Shown: piece after piece, positions 19,503 through 28,790 of the stretch
How positions within the stretch are numbered: position 1 is the stretch's first letter
Layout: each line of letters opens with the position of its first letter
Assembly: GCA_024102665.1 (NCBI GenBank)
Contig: JAGFJP010000040.1
Location: forward strand, 1,412 to 65,411
Reading direction: 5' to 3'
Length of the DNA: 64,000 nt
DNA from: Thiogranum sp.
GTDB taxonomy: Bacteria > Pseudomonadota > Gammaproteobacteria > DSM-19610
Notes under the pieces: model-generated
What the model was told of the DNA's origin: nothing
The model's input: only the letters and a program-made list of their open reading frames with translations
Database searches by the model: none
Position numbers and translations under genes: made by a program

Positions 19503-19661
19503 TCAAGAATCCTTCATCCGCCCGAGCGGGATTGCGCCAGGCTCATTGTTCAAAAGTAGCCAAGCTTCGGGCGCTTGGCAATACACGGTTTCTTCGTCAC
19601 CAGGCGTGCAAGCCGTTTTGTACGCGGCGCGATGCGGTTCGCAGTATCCGCAGTTCACCAT
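19503..19661 (-). CDS. possible small Cys-rich protein (52 aa)
   Basis: An internal ATG of track ORF 19503..19889 gives MVNCGYCEPHRAAYKTACTPGDEETVYCQAP... The stop lies 12 nt upstream of the methyltransferase ATG on the same strand. The RBS is weak. Confidence 0.25.
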   Translation of the reverse strand: MVNCGYCEPHRAAYKTACTPGDEETVYCQAPEAWLLLNNEPGAIPLGRMKDS

Positions 19662-19737
19662 GGATATACTCGGCATCGAAATCAGCCACGTCGCATAACA
19701 TCCTGTGTTGAACCCATGTTGATAAGAGTACCTTGTT

Positions 19738-20679
19738 GTGAGCTGCGCCTCTTTTCCACCGGAACTCGGTAACGATGAAGACCAGGGTATTTTCGCCGTA
19801 ACCATTCTTGAGTCCACGCACCAGGCGGTGGTAATCGTGGACAAGACCGAGCGGCGCATCATCTGGGTGAATCCGGCGTTCGTCAGCACGACCGGTTACA
19901 CTCTCGACGAGGTCAAGGGAAAAACGCTCTTCGATGTCAAATCCGGGCGGCACAATAAAGCCTTTTACCGGCAAATCTGGACGTCGCTGGAGGAAAGAGG
20001 CTGCTGGTCGGGCGAGATATGGGGCCGCCGCAGGAATGGTGACACTTTTCCTTCGCTGCACACCATCAGTCCGATCTTCGACAGCCGGCTGGGGTGTGTG
20101 ACGCACTACGTTTCGATGTTTTCGGATATTTCCGCGCTCAAGCGCCAGCAGGCCAACCTCGGCCACCTGGCCTACCATGATCCATTGACCGGTTTGCCCA
20201 ACCGCCTGATGCTCCTCGACCGCCTGGAACACGCGCTGCGCTCGCATGTGCGCAACCGCATGCAACTGGCCGTGCTGTTTGTGGACCTCGACGGCTTCAA
20301 GGCGGTTAATGACCGCCTGGGTCATGCCATCGGCGATCGGCTGCTACAGGTCACCGCCGAGCGCTTTGAAGCGGCGCTGCGCAGCGGCGATACCCTGGCG
20401 CGACTGGGTGGTGATGAGTTCGTCATCGTGATCGAATCCTGCAAATCGCGCGCAGGCATTGTGCGTATCGCCGAAAAGCTCATCGCAAGCATCGCCAGTC
20501 CCTTGCGTATCGAGGGGCATGACATCGAGGTTCGCGCCAGTATCGGCATCGCCGTCGCCCCGCAGGATGGCAAAGATCCCGACGAGATTCTGAATGCCGC
20601 AGACCAGGCGATGTACCGGGTGAAAACGCGCAAGGGCGGCGGCGCTTTCTGCTTTTTCGACGAACGCTGGGGAAAGTAG
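19738..20679 (+). CDS. PAS-GGDEF diguanylate cyclase
   Basis: PAS segment (IIWVNPAFVSTTGYTLDEVKGK). GGDEF domain with an intact GGDEF motif and an RxxD I-site (RSGDTLARLGGDEF). GTG start. Confidence 0.85.
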   Translation: MSCASFPPELGNDEDQGIFAVTILESTHQAVVIVDKTERRIIWVNPAFVSTTGYTLDEVKGKTLFDVKSGRHNKAFYRQIWTSLEERGCWSGEIWGRRRNGDTFPSLHTISPIFDSRLGCVTHYVSMFSDISALKRQQANLGHLAYHDPLTGLPNRLMLLDRLEHALRSHVRNRMQLAVLFVDLDGFKAVNDRLGHAIGDRLLQVTAERFEAALRSGDTLARLGGDEFVIVIESCKSRAGIVRIAEKLIASIASPLRIEGHDIEVRASIGIAVAPQDGKDPDEILNAADQAMYRVKTRKGGGAFCFFDERWGK

Positions 20680-20838
20680 AAATATGTGGTGTTATGGATA
20701 ACAAACAAGCTATACTGCGCTCCGCTACAGTCTCCCCTGGTTCTTGTCAGAAGTGTTCTGCAATATTTCTCCTGTAAATTACCTCGTAAGATTCGTAACA
20801 CACGTCTGTTTTATTTAATTGTTGATGAGGTATTTATC
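20680..20838 (+). promoter_or_regulatory. AT-rich promoter/long leader region of cspA
   Basis: About 160 bp of conspicuously AT-rich sequence containing a TATACT hexamer. Long structured 5' UTRs are typical of cspA-family genes. Confidence 0.4.
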
Positions 20839-21039
20839 ATGACGACAGGAACCGTTAAATGGTTTAACGAAGCCAAGGGCTTCGGCTTTATTTCTCCGTC
20901 CGATGGCAGCAAGGATGTCTTTGCGCACTTTTCCGCTATCGCAAGCGAAGGTTTTCGCACGCTGGCCGAAGGCCAGGAAGTGACCTTCGACGTGGAAAAC
21001 GGCCCCAAGGGTCCGCAGGCGGCAAACATCAGGGTCTGA
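20839..21039 (+). CDS. cspA: cold-shock protein, CspA family
   Basis: [17 protein letters not shown] ... VFAHFSAI (RNP1/RNP2 motifs). Confidence 0.95.
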   Translation: MTTGTVKWFNEAKGFGFISPSDGSKDVFAHFSAIASEGFRTLAEGQEVTFDVENGPKGPQAANIRV

Positions 21040-21060
21040 CGATCCACCGCTTTGCAGCCG

Positions 21061-21092
21061 AAAACCCCGCGAGTGATCGCGGGGTTTTTTTT
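21061..21092 (+). terminator. rho-independent terminator of cspA
   Basis: CCCCGCGagtgatCGCGGGG followed by TTTTTTTT. Confidence 0.85.
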
Positions 21093-21171
21093 GCCCGGTG
21101 GTTTCGCGGGTCTGTTATCTGCCCTGGCCGCCTGCGGCGTTGAGGGGAACCTGCCAGCATACAAAGCCATG

Positions 21172-21192
21172 AAAAAAGGGTACTGACCCCTT
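21172..21192. repeat. AAAAGGGTACTGACCCCT motif copy
   Basis: Identical 18-mer to 18859-18876. Located just upstream of the DUF2868-like gene. Confidence 0.7.
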
Positions 21193-21203
21193 ACAATAAC
21201 AAC

Positions 21204-22673
21204 ATGACGCATTCCTCTGTCCTGGCTGATCTGATCGATCTGAACGCAGTGCTGGATGCCGACCATGCGAACGATCTGGAGCAGCGCCGGCAGCGCGATC
21301 GCAGCATCGGGCGCAAACTGCAGCACGACCGCGGCAAACCGGTGTCACAGATCCGCGCCTGGCTGCATGCCGTGGACACACCTGCTGCGCGTAGCGGCGG
21401 CGTGCGCGGTGTGCGCCTCTACCATGCCCTGTGTCTTTCTTTGCTGGTTGCCGGCCTGCTGACTGGCTGGGGTCTGGCCAGCGCGGTGCTTTTCTACGAG
21501 GGCAGGCAGCCGATCAATATCGTCAACGCCGTCGCTGTGCTGGTGCTGCCGCAGATCCTGCTGCTGTTCGCCTGGCTGCTCGCGGCGCTGCCGCTGCCGC
21601 TGTTCAGGCGCTTCGGTTCGACGCTCGGATTTCTGCATCCGGGCAGGCTGGCCGGCCATCTCGCCGGTGTGTTCGGCGGCAGGGATAGCGCAGGGCTGGC
21701 GATATTCTGGAACCCGGACAATGTCGCTGTGCTGGCGCCCGCGGCGCGCTGGCTGCTTTCCTTCTGGTCGCAACTGTTCGCCTGCAGTTTCAACATCGGC
21801 ATCCTGGTCAGCGCCTTTTTCCTGGTGTCCTTTTCGGATCTGGCGTTCGTGTGGAGCACTACGCTGACCATCAGCGATGGAACCTTCCATCAACTCGTAA
21901 CCGCGCTTGCCGCGCCCTGGAGCGCCTGGTTTCCCGAGGCTGTTCCCGGTGCCGAACTGATCGCCAACAGCCGTTATTACCGGCTGGACGAAAGCTCGCC
22001 GGCCGGTACCCCGCTGCGCGCCGTGGAACTGGGTCAGTGGTGGCCGTTCCTGATCGCCGCGGTGACCTGCTATGGATTAGTGCCGAGGGTGCTGACGCTG
22101 GCGATTTCCCGGTACCGCTTTCATCATCATCTGCGCCGCGCGCTGTGCAACTTGCCGGGCGCGCCGGAACTGCTGGCGCGCATGAACTCGCCCCTGGTCC
22201 TGACGGCGGCCACGCAGCCGGAACACGCCCTGACCATGCCCGGCGACAGCGCGGCCGGCAGCGCTGCGGGCCAGTATGCGATCCGTTGTCCGGTCATTGC
22301 CTGGTCCGGCGCCTGCGCCGGGGTCGAGGCTGTCGATGCGCGGCTCGCGGCGATGGGCATCGAGACACTGGAGCAGCAGCGCGCCGGCGGTCGCCAGACA
22401 CCGGAGCAGGACCGGGAACTGGTCGACGCCCTGTGCCGCCGCAAACCCGAGGGCGTCTGTATTCTGGTCAAGGCCTGGGAACCGCCGATGCTCGATTTCC
22501 TGGACTTCGTGCGCGGCCTGCGCCGGCAATGCGGCGGCAGGAAACCGCTGATCGTCATGCTGTGCGGCGCAGCGGACGGCGTGCGCGCCGCCGACCGCGA
22601 CACCTGGCAACTGACGCTGGGCCAGCTTGCCGATCCGGACCTGCACGTCGAAATCATCGGTCAGGCAGCATGA
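21204..22673 (+). CDS. polytopic membrane protein, DUF2868-like
   Basis: Several TM helices (LYHALCLSLLVAGLLTGWGLASAVLF, AVAVLVLPQILLLFAWLLAAL, FACSFNIGILVSAFFLVSF). The layout is as I recall for DUF2868 proteins that precede DUF3482 GTPases. The stop overlaps the next ATG. Confidence 0.6.
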   Translation: MTHSSVLADLIDLNAVLDADHANDLEQRRQRDRSIGRKLQHDRGKPVSQIRAWLHAVDTPAARSGGVRGVRLYHALCLSLLVAGLLTGWGLASAVLFYEGRQPINIVNAVAVLVLPQILLLFAWLLAALPLPLFRRFGSTLGFLHPGRLAGHLAGVFGGRDSAGLAIFWNPDNVAVLAPAARWLLSFWSQLFACSFNIGILVSAFFLVSFSDLAFVWSTTLTISDGTFHQLVTALAAPWSAWFPEAVPGAELIANSRYYRLDESSPAGTPLRAVELGQWWPFLIAAVTCYGLVPRVLTLAISRYRFHHHLRRALCNLPGAPELLARMNSPLVLTAATQPEHALTMPGDSAAGSAAGQYAIRCPVIAWSGACAGVEAVDARLAAMGIETLEQQRAGGRQTPEQDRELVDALCRRKPEGVCILVKAWEPPMLDFLDFVRGLRRQCGGRKPLIVMLCGAADGVRAADRDTWQLTLGQLADPDLHVEIIGQAA

Positions 22674-24043
22674 CGGTTCCTGTGTTCGCCATTGTCGGTC
22701 ATCCCAACAAGGGCAAGAGCAGCATTGTCTCGACTCTGTCCGAGGATGAAAGCGTGGCGATTTCACCGGTGCCCGGCACCACGGTCGAGAACCGGCATTA
22801 TCCGATGGCGGTGGACGGTGAAACCCTTTACGAACTCATCGACACCCCGGGGTTCCAGCGCGCGCGCGAGGCGCTGGCGTGGATGCGCAGCCACGCGGCT
22901 TCCGCTGTCGACAGGCCGGACACAGTGCGCCGCTTTGTCGACGAACACCGCGGCGATGCGCGTTTCGATGCGGAGTGCCGCTTGCTGACGCCGATTCTCG
23001 AAGGCGCCGGTATCCTCTACGTGGTGGACGGTTCGCGGCCGTTCGGCGAAGACTACGAGGCGGAGATGGAGATCCTGCGCTGGACCGGGCAACCCAGCCT
23101 CGCGCTCATCAACATGATCGGCGACGGCGATTACTCGGACGAATGGCACAGGGCGCTCGGCCAGTACTTCCGCATCGTGCGCGTGTTCAACGCCATGAAG
23201 GCCGATTTCGACCGGCGCGTGCAACTGCTGCAGGCGTTTGGCGAAATCCGCGAGGAATGGCGCGAGGCGCTGGAAAAAGCGGTGCACATCCTGCGCGAGG
23301 AACACGCTCGGCGCCGCAGCCTGGCGGCACGCGTCATCGCGGAAATGCTGACGCGCATGCTGTCTCATGTGCGTCGCCAGAGACTGGCGCCGGACGCGGT
23401 GACCGGCGAAGTCCGCAGTGCGCTGATGGAGGAATACAAACAGGACCTTGCAGGCATGGAACAGCGCTGCCGCGAAGAGGTCGAACAGATCTACAACCAC
23501 CATCACCTGGAACGCCACGAAGCGCTGGTGCAGCTGCTGGACGAGGATCTGTTTGCGCAGCGGACCTGGGTGCTGTTCGGACTGACGCGCAGGCAACTGG
23601 TGGCCACCGGCGCGCTTGGCGGCGCCGCCGCCGGCGGCGTCATCGACATCGCGGTCCACGGCGCATCCTTGTTGCTGGGCAGCGGTCTCGGCGCACTGGC
23701 GGGTGGTGTATCGGCATGGCTGACGTCGGACCGCATCGCCGAAGTGAAAGTGCTCGGTCACCCGCTGGGTGGTGAGCAGATCAGCATCGGGCCGCTGCGC
23801 AATATCAATTTCCCCTACGTGGTGCTGGGACGCGCGCTGCTGCACCAGCGCCTCGTCGAACAGCGCACCCATGCGCACCGCGGACCGCTGGAACTCAGTC
23901 TGCAACCGGTTCAGCTGACCGAAACCGTCACCCGCCACCGTTTCGAAAAACTGTTCGCGAAACTGCGCAAGCAGGATGCCTGGCGCGGCGATCTGGTCGA
24001 TGCGCTGGCGGCGCTGATCGAACAGCAGATTGCGCATGCCTAG
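22670..24043 (+). CDS. membrane-anchored GTPase (GTPase/DUF3482-like)
   Basis: ATGA overlap at 22670-22673. G1 motif GHPNKGKSS, G2-like GTT, G3 motif DTPG. C-terminal Gly-rich hydrophobic segments (LVATGALGGAAAGGVIDIAV, LLLGSGLGALAGGVSAWL). The track start at 21851 is rejected. Confidence 0.7.
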   Translation: MTVPVFAIVGHPNKGKSSIVSTLSEDESVAISPVPGTTVENRHYPMAVDGETLYELIDTPGFQRAREALAWMRSHAASAVDRPDTVRRFVDEHRGDARFDAECRLLTPILEGAGILYVVDGSRPFGEDYEAEMEILRWTGQPSLALINMIGDGDYSDEWHRALGQYFRIVRVFNAMKADFDRRVQLLQAFGEIREEWREALEKAVHILREEHARRRSLAARVIAEMLTRMLSHVRRQRLAPDAVTGEVRSALMEEYKQDLAGMEQRCREEVEQIYNHHHLERHEALVQLLDEDLFAQRTWVLFGLTRRQLVATGALGGAAAGGVIDIAVHGASLLLGSGLGALAGGVSAWLTSDRIAEVKVLGHPLGGEQISIGPLRNINFPYVVLGRALLHQRLVEQRTHAHRGPLELSLQPVQLTETVTRHRFEKLFAKLRKQDAWRGDLVDALAALIEQQIAHA

Positions 24044-24053
24044 CCCGCATTTC

Positions 24054-25247
24054 TCACTTGCCGCCCTTGCGCGCGGCGCCCACCTGCAGCACACCCTTGC
24101 CGAATTTCGCGTTCACTTCATCGAGCGTTTTCAGCAGCCGCTCACTCGACGCTGACTGTCGCGGTGTGTCGAACAGGTCGGCCTGCGCCGGATCGCCGGT
24201 GTCCCAGTCGCTGATACCGACCCCGATCAGCCGCACCGGCTTGCGCGGCAGATCGCCGGCGAGGAAAAGTTGCCAGGCGGTCTTGCGGATGTCGCGTTCA
24301 TCCTGCGTCGGCCGGCTGCGCTTCTGTTGCCGCGTGTGCGTCTCGAATCCCTCGAAGCGGATCTTCAGCGTCACCACCGAACCGGACAAACCCTCGCGGC
24401 GCGCGGTGCGCGCCACATCGGCGGCCAGGCCGCGCAGCGCCTCCTGCAGGATCGCGTGATCGCGCACGTCGGTCTCGAAAGTCGTCTCTTTTGAAATGCT
24501 CTTGCGGCTACGCTCCGGCACCACCTGGTCGGAGGCGATGCCCCGCGCCTGACGGTGAAAATTCGCCGCCGCCTTTTCCCCGAGGTGCTGCGCCAGCGTT
24601 GCCAGCGGGTAGGCGCGCAACTGCGCCACGGTGCGGATGCCGAGGCGGTCGAAAATTTTCTGTGTCTGGCGCCCGAGGCCGCGCAGGTTGGAAACCGGCA
24701 TCGGCGCCAGGAAGTCCAGCACCTGCTGCGGCGTGATCACGGTCAGGCCGTCCGGCTTGCGGTGTTCGGAGCCGAGCTTGGCGATCAGGCGGTTGGGACC
24801 GATGCCCACGGAAGCCGTCAGGCCCGTGCTGGCGAAAATGCGGCGCTTGATTTCGCGCCCGATGGTTTCCGGCGGACCCAGCAGTTTATCCAGTCCGCTG
24901 ACATCGAGATACGCTTCATCGATGGAAGCGGCTTCCACGGTCGGCGTGATGGTGGCGAGTATCTCAAAGACCTGTTGCGAAAAACGCCGGTACTTGTGCA
25001 TGTCGGGCCGCAGGAACACGGCATCCGGGCAGCGGCGGTGCGCTTCGGAAATCGGCATGGCGGAGTGGATGCCGAATTTGCGCGCCGCATAGGATGCGGC
25101 GGCCACCACGCCGCGATGGCCGGGGAGGGCGCCGACCACCACCGGGCGCCCCGCATACTCGGGATGTCCGAGCTGTTCGCAACTGGCGAAGAACGCGTCC
25201 AGGTCCATGTGCGCGATCCAGCGATGTTTCTGTTCAGCCTCTGCCAT
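24054..25247 (-). CDS. dinB: DNA polymerase IV
   Basis: HMDLDAFFASCEQL, SIDEAYLDV, and the Y-family little-finger region. Start placed at MAEAEQ because the upstream in-frame codons run through a copy of the intergenic GGGGTCAG motif (25257-25275). The start is uncertain by up to 45 nt. Confidence 0.9.
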   Translation of the reverse strand: MAEAEQKHRWIAHMDLDAFFASCEQLGHPEYAGRPVVVGALPGHRGVVAAASYAARKFGIHSAMPISEAHRRCPDAVFLRPDMHKYRRFSQQVFEILATITPTVEAASIDEAYLDVSGLDKLLGPPETIGREIKRRIFASTGLTASVGIGPNRLIAKLGSEHRKPDGLTVITPQQVLDFLAPMPVSNLRGLGRQTQKIFDRLGIRTVAQLRAYPLATLAQHLGEKAAANFHRQARGIASDQVVPERSRKSISKETTFETDVRDHAILQEALRGLAADVARTARREGLSGSVVTLKIRFEGFETHTRQQKRSRPTQDERDIRKTAWQLFLAGDLPRKPVRLIGVGISDWDTGDPAQADLFDTPRQSASSERLLKTLDEVNAKFGKGVLQVGAARKGGK

Positions 25248-25325
25248 ACCACTCATTCTGAAGGGGTCAGCAACCTTAACCTGACGTTGCACTGATCATC
25301 CTGGCAAATTACCACAAGTATGTCG

Positions 25326-26573
25326 TCATGCCCCGGTTTGCGACTCGTCCGGTTCGACACGCGGGTCGAGTTCCAGCACCGCCGGCGAGGTGCGGGCCAT
25401 GGCGACGAACTCGCCTTGCTGCTCGGTCGGGATGACGACGCCGACCCGTTTGCGCAGCGCGGCGTAGGCGGCCAGCAATATCAACAGCATGAAGAAATAC
25501 AGCATCAGGCCATGGCTGCCCGACCCTGCGATGACGACGCCCGCGAGGATGGGGCCGATGCTGGAGCCGATGCCGCTCAGCAACAGCAGGCCGCGGCTGG
25601 ACTCGAGCATCTGGCTGGTTTCGAGAAGGTCGTTGGTGTGCGCAACCGCCAGGGCATAGAGGGAAAAGGCGCAGCCGCCGAACGCCACCGAAACGATCAG
25701 CGCGACGTTGAGCGCTGTTACCGTCAGCAAAAACATGGCCAGCGCCGCGATGGCACCGAGCAGGCTGACGATCATCAACACCAGGCGCCGGTCGTGATGA
25801 TCGGACATGTGTCCGATGGGCCACTGCAGCAGGGCGCCGCCGAAGATCACCGCGCTCATGAACAACGCCACGCCCGTTTCCGACAGCCCCGCACCGGTGG
25901 CGTAGACCGGTCCCAGTCCCCAGAATCCGCCGGCAAGCAGTCCCGAGAACAGCGCCCCGATGACGCCGAGCGGCGAGGTGGCGTAGAGCTTGCGCAACCC
26001 CAGCCGCGGCACGCTGATCTGACCGGGTTGCAACATGCGCGTCAGTGCGATCGGCACCAGCGCCAGCGAGAAGAACAGGGCGCTCAGGGCAAACGGCGCA
26101 ACCGTGTCGAAACCGTAGATCAGCAGCATGTATTGCCCGCAGCCCAGCGCCAGCAGATTGATGGTCATGTAGACGGCAAACAGCCGGCCGCGGTTTTCGT
26201 TGGTGGCAAGGTTGTTGAGCCAGGATTCGATGGCCAGGTACATGCCGAGCATGCTGATGCCGGTAACAATGCGCAACAACCACCAGACGAGCGGGTCGAT
26301 CCAGAGTCCGTTCAGGATCACGGAGGCCGCACCGATGGCGGCGAAGGCTGAAAAGCTGCGGATATGCCCGACGTTGTGCAGGATGCGCGGGCAAATGTAC
26401 GAGCCAATGACATAGCCCAGAAAAAACCCGGACATGATGATGCCGGTGACATTGCTGGAGCCGAATTCGGCGTTGGCACGCAGCGCCACGACGGTACCGA
26501 GCAGCCCTGACCCAAGCAACAGTATCGCCACTGCGGTCAACAGGGAGAAAATGGAATAGACGGTTCTCAGCAT
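25326..26573 (-). CDS. MFS transporter
   Basis: 12 predicted TM helices with typical MFS organisation. Confidence 0.85.
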   Translation of the reverse strand: MLRTVYSIFSLLTAVAILLLGSGLLGTVVALRANAEFGSSNVTGIIMSGFFLGYVIGSYICPRILHNVGHIRSFSAFAAIGAASVILNGLWIDPLVWWLLRIVTGISMLGMYLAIESWLNNLATNENRGRLFAVYMTINLLALGCGQYMLLIYGFDTVAPFALSALFFSLALVPIALTRMLQPGQISVPRLGLRKLYATSPLGVIGALFSGLLAGGFWGLGPVYATGAGLSETGVALFMSAVIFGGALLQWPIGHMSDHHDRRLVLMIVSLLGAIAALAMFLLTVTALNVALIVSVAFGGCAFSLYALAVAHTNDLLETSQMLESSRGLLLLSGIGSSIGPILAGVVIAGSGSHGLMLYFFMLLILLAAYAALRKRVGVVIPTEQQGEFVAMARTSPAVLELDPRVEPDESQTGA

Positions 26574-26729
26574 CGCGGCGCCCGACAGTGCTCGGGCGCC
26601 GAGAATAACAACGCTATTCCGCTAAAGGAAGCGATCCGGGGACAAAACCGCAGGGCACCGCAGGGGCCGTACCCCTGCGATGCACGTGACGCGGAGTGTG
26701 CCAGTCTCCCCGCGGTGCCGATCCGGCTG

Positions 26730-27479
26730 TCAGGCCGCGTTTTTCGCCTGCCTGGCGAGATACGCTTCCAGGTCCTCGGATCCGCCGATGTGATCACCGT
26801 TGATGAAAACCTGAGGTGCGGTGGAGCGACCGGAGACGGCGCGCAGCGTGGATTCGCTGAAGTCACGGTTGAGCACCAGTTCTTCGAACTCGATGCCGGC
26901 GTCGTGCAACATGCCCTTGGCGCGTATGCAGTACTGGCAGCCATCGCGGCTGAATACCGTAACGTCCAGCGGTTTGGAGGCGTTGGGAGCGATATACGCC
27001 AGCATGGTGTCCGCGTCGGAAACCTCGAAGGGATCGCCGGGCACATCCGCTTCGATGAACATCTTTTCGATGACGCCGTCCTTCACCAGCATGGAGTAAC
27101 GCCAGGAGCGTTCACCGAAGCCCAGATCGTTCTTCGCTACCAGCATGCCCATGCCGCGGCTGAACTCGCCGTTGCCGTCGGGCAGGAAGGTGACATTGTG
27201 CGCCTTCTGTTCATTGCGCCATTCGTTCATGACGAAGGCATCGTTGACCGAGATGCAGATCACGTCATCGACACCATGCTGCTTGAACGCGGGTGCCAGC
27301 TGGTTGTAACGCGGGACATGCGTGGACGAGCATGTCGGGGTGAAGGCGCCCGGCAGCGAGAATACCACCAGGGTCCTGCCCCTGAAGATTTCATCCGTGC
27401 TCACATCCACCCACTCGTGGTCGCGGCGGGTGTGGAAAGTGACCTGCGGAACCTTTTGGCCTTCGCGATTCTCGAACAT
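26730..27479 (-). CDS. hybrid peroxiredoxin 5-glutaredoxin (Prx5-Grx fusion)
   Basis: AAGGAG upstream of ATG 27479. Prx5 active site [10 protein letters not shown]-terminal Grx domain with CQYC and [14 protein letters not shown]. Confidence 0.9.
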   Translation of the reverse strand: MFENREGQKVPQVTFHTRRDHEWVDVSTDEIFRGRTLVVFSLPGAFTPTCSSTHVPRYNQLAPAFKQHGVDDVICISVNDAFVMNEWRNEQKAHNVTFLPDGNGEFSRGMGMLVAKNDLGFGERSWRYSMLVKDGVIEKMFIEADVPGDPFEVSDADTMLAYIAPNASKPLDVTVFSRDGCQYCIRAKGMLHDAGIEFEELVLNRDFSESTLRAVSGRSTAPQVFINGDHIGGSEDLEAYLARQAKNAA

Positions 27480-27630
27480 GTTGTTGCTCCTTTCAGTTGC
27501 CGGGAATGTCGTTACATTTGTTGCGCGAAACGCTGTGACGGACTGCGTTTCACCTGTTGCAGCCGATTCCACGCTCTGCCCTCTGTTCACCCGGGCTGGA
27601 ATATCGGGTACGGGTGAATTATGGGGAACC

Positions 27631-27690
27631 GGAAAGGATAGGAGAAATCGTTTATCCAAATAGAAATGATAGGAATAGACGATGGAGTTC
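27631..27690. promoter_or_regulatory. ATAG-rich cluster, candidate OxyR operator upstream of the Prx5-Grx gene
   Basis: Four ATAG tetranucleotides (starting at 27638, 27660, 27669 and 27675) plus a TTAT within about 41 bp of otherwise GC-rich DNA. The first two are 22 bp apart. The match to the ATAG-N7-CTAT consensus is imperfect. Confidence 0.3.
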
Positions 27691-27719
27691 GGGCCCACGG
27701 ATGACCCGGCGCTCAACCG

Positions 27720-28661
27720 CTACTTTTTCGCGGCGCGCTTGCCCTTGCCAAGGGGTTTAACTGTGTTGGGCAGGTGGGCGAGGATAGTGTCGGCAAAGGC
27801 CTGCAGCGCGGCGCGGCGCGGGAAGCTGTTTCGGAATACCAGGGATACGCGGCGCGAGGCATCGGCGATGGCGAGAGGCTGCGCTACCACGCCGCTGTCG
27901 GTGGTCCATGATCCGCGCATCGCCAGCGCCGGAACCAGGGTAAGGCCGAATCCGGCGCGCACCAGTTGAATCAGGGTTTCAAGGCTGGACGCGCGCAGGT
28001 CGGCCATTTCCCCCTGCGCCTGTCGTTCCTTGATGTGGCAGACATCCATGGCCTGTCTGGCCAGGCAATGGCCCTCGGCCAGCAGCAGCAGGTTTTCGTT
28101 GTCCAGGTCGCGCAACCTGATCCTGTCTTTGGTATAGAAACGATGGTCGCGCGGATAGGCGATCCAGAACGGCTCATCGAAAAGCGCGAGACTCCCGAAT
28201 TCCGCGTCATCCACCGGCGTCGCCAGCAACGCGGCATCGATTTCATGATTGTGCAAGCGTTTGAGCAGGGTATCGGTGAGTTCCTCGGACAACACCGGTT
28301 TCATCTGCGGATGTTGCTTGCGCAGCGGTATCAGCACCAGCGGCATCAGGTAAGGGCTGATGGTCGGAATCGCGCCGATGCGCAAGGGTCCGGCCAGCGG
28401 ATCCTTGTGGGCGCGTGCCAGCTGCAGGATCGCATCGGCCTGCTCCATGATCAGCCGCGCATGGGTCAGGATGGCGTCACCGGCCGGCGTGATCTCCACC
28501 GAACGATTGGTGCGCTCGAAAACAGCGACGCCCAGCTCCTGCTCCAGTTTCTTGATCTGGCCGCTCAGGGTCGGCTGGCTGACAAAGCAGCGTTCAGCCG
28601 CCTTGCCGAAGTGATGCGTGTCCGCCACGGCGATAATGTATTTGAGGTCGCGCAGGTTCAT
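27720..28661 (-). CDS. oxyR: LysR-family hydrogen-peroxide sensor OxyR
   Basis: N-terminal HTH LRDLKYIIAVADTHHFGKAAERCFVSQPTLSGQIKKLE. Redox cysteines in LLLLAEGHCLARQAMDVCH. Confidence 0.85.
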   Translation of the reverse strand: MNLRDLKYIIAVADTHHFGKAAERCFVSQPTLSGQIKKLEQELGVAVFERTNRSVEITPAGDAILTHARLIMEQADAILQLARAHKDPLAGPLRIGAIPTISPYLMPLVLIPLRKQHPQMKPVLSEELTDTLLKRLHNHEIDAALLATPVDDAEFGSLALFDEPFWIAYPRDHRFYTKDRIRLRDLDNENLLLLAEGHCLARQAMDVCHIKERQAQGEMADLRASSLETLIQLVRAGFGLTLVPALAMRGSWTTDSGVVAQPLAIADASRRVSLVFRNSFPRRAALQAFADTILAHLPNTVKPLGKGKRAAKK

Positions 28662-28790
28662 GGGCTGATCAATCGTTGGAAACGATAACGATCATATAAA
28701 CAAACGGATCGATAGATCAACAGAGAGCGTTTGCCTGTTGACCGCAGGGGTTTCCGCCGCCACGCACAGCGGCTTGCGGGATTCTCCGGA

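Noticed and set aside
21851-24043. 730-aa ORF suggesting a much longer GTPase
   Set aside because: The N-terminal ~270 codons overlap the DUF2868-like gene out of frame and are Arg/Gly/Pro-rich. The ATG at 22670 precedes the G1 motif at the normal distance. N-terminal extensions at 3928, 12554, 13746, 16161-17417 and 43857-44681 were trimmed on the same logic.
26574-26729. GC-rich hairpins between the Prx5-Grx stop and the MFS start (e.g. GGCGCCCGAcagtgcTCGGGCGCC at 26576-26599)
   Set aside because: The hairpins are real, but neither is followed by a proper U-tract. I could not distinguish a terminator, attenuator or REP role, so I left them unannotated.
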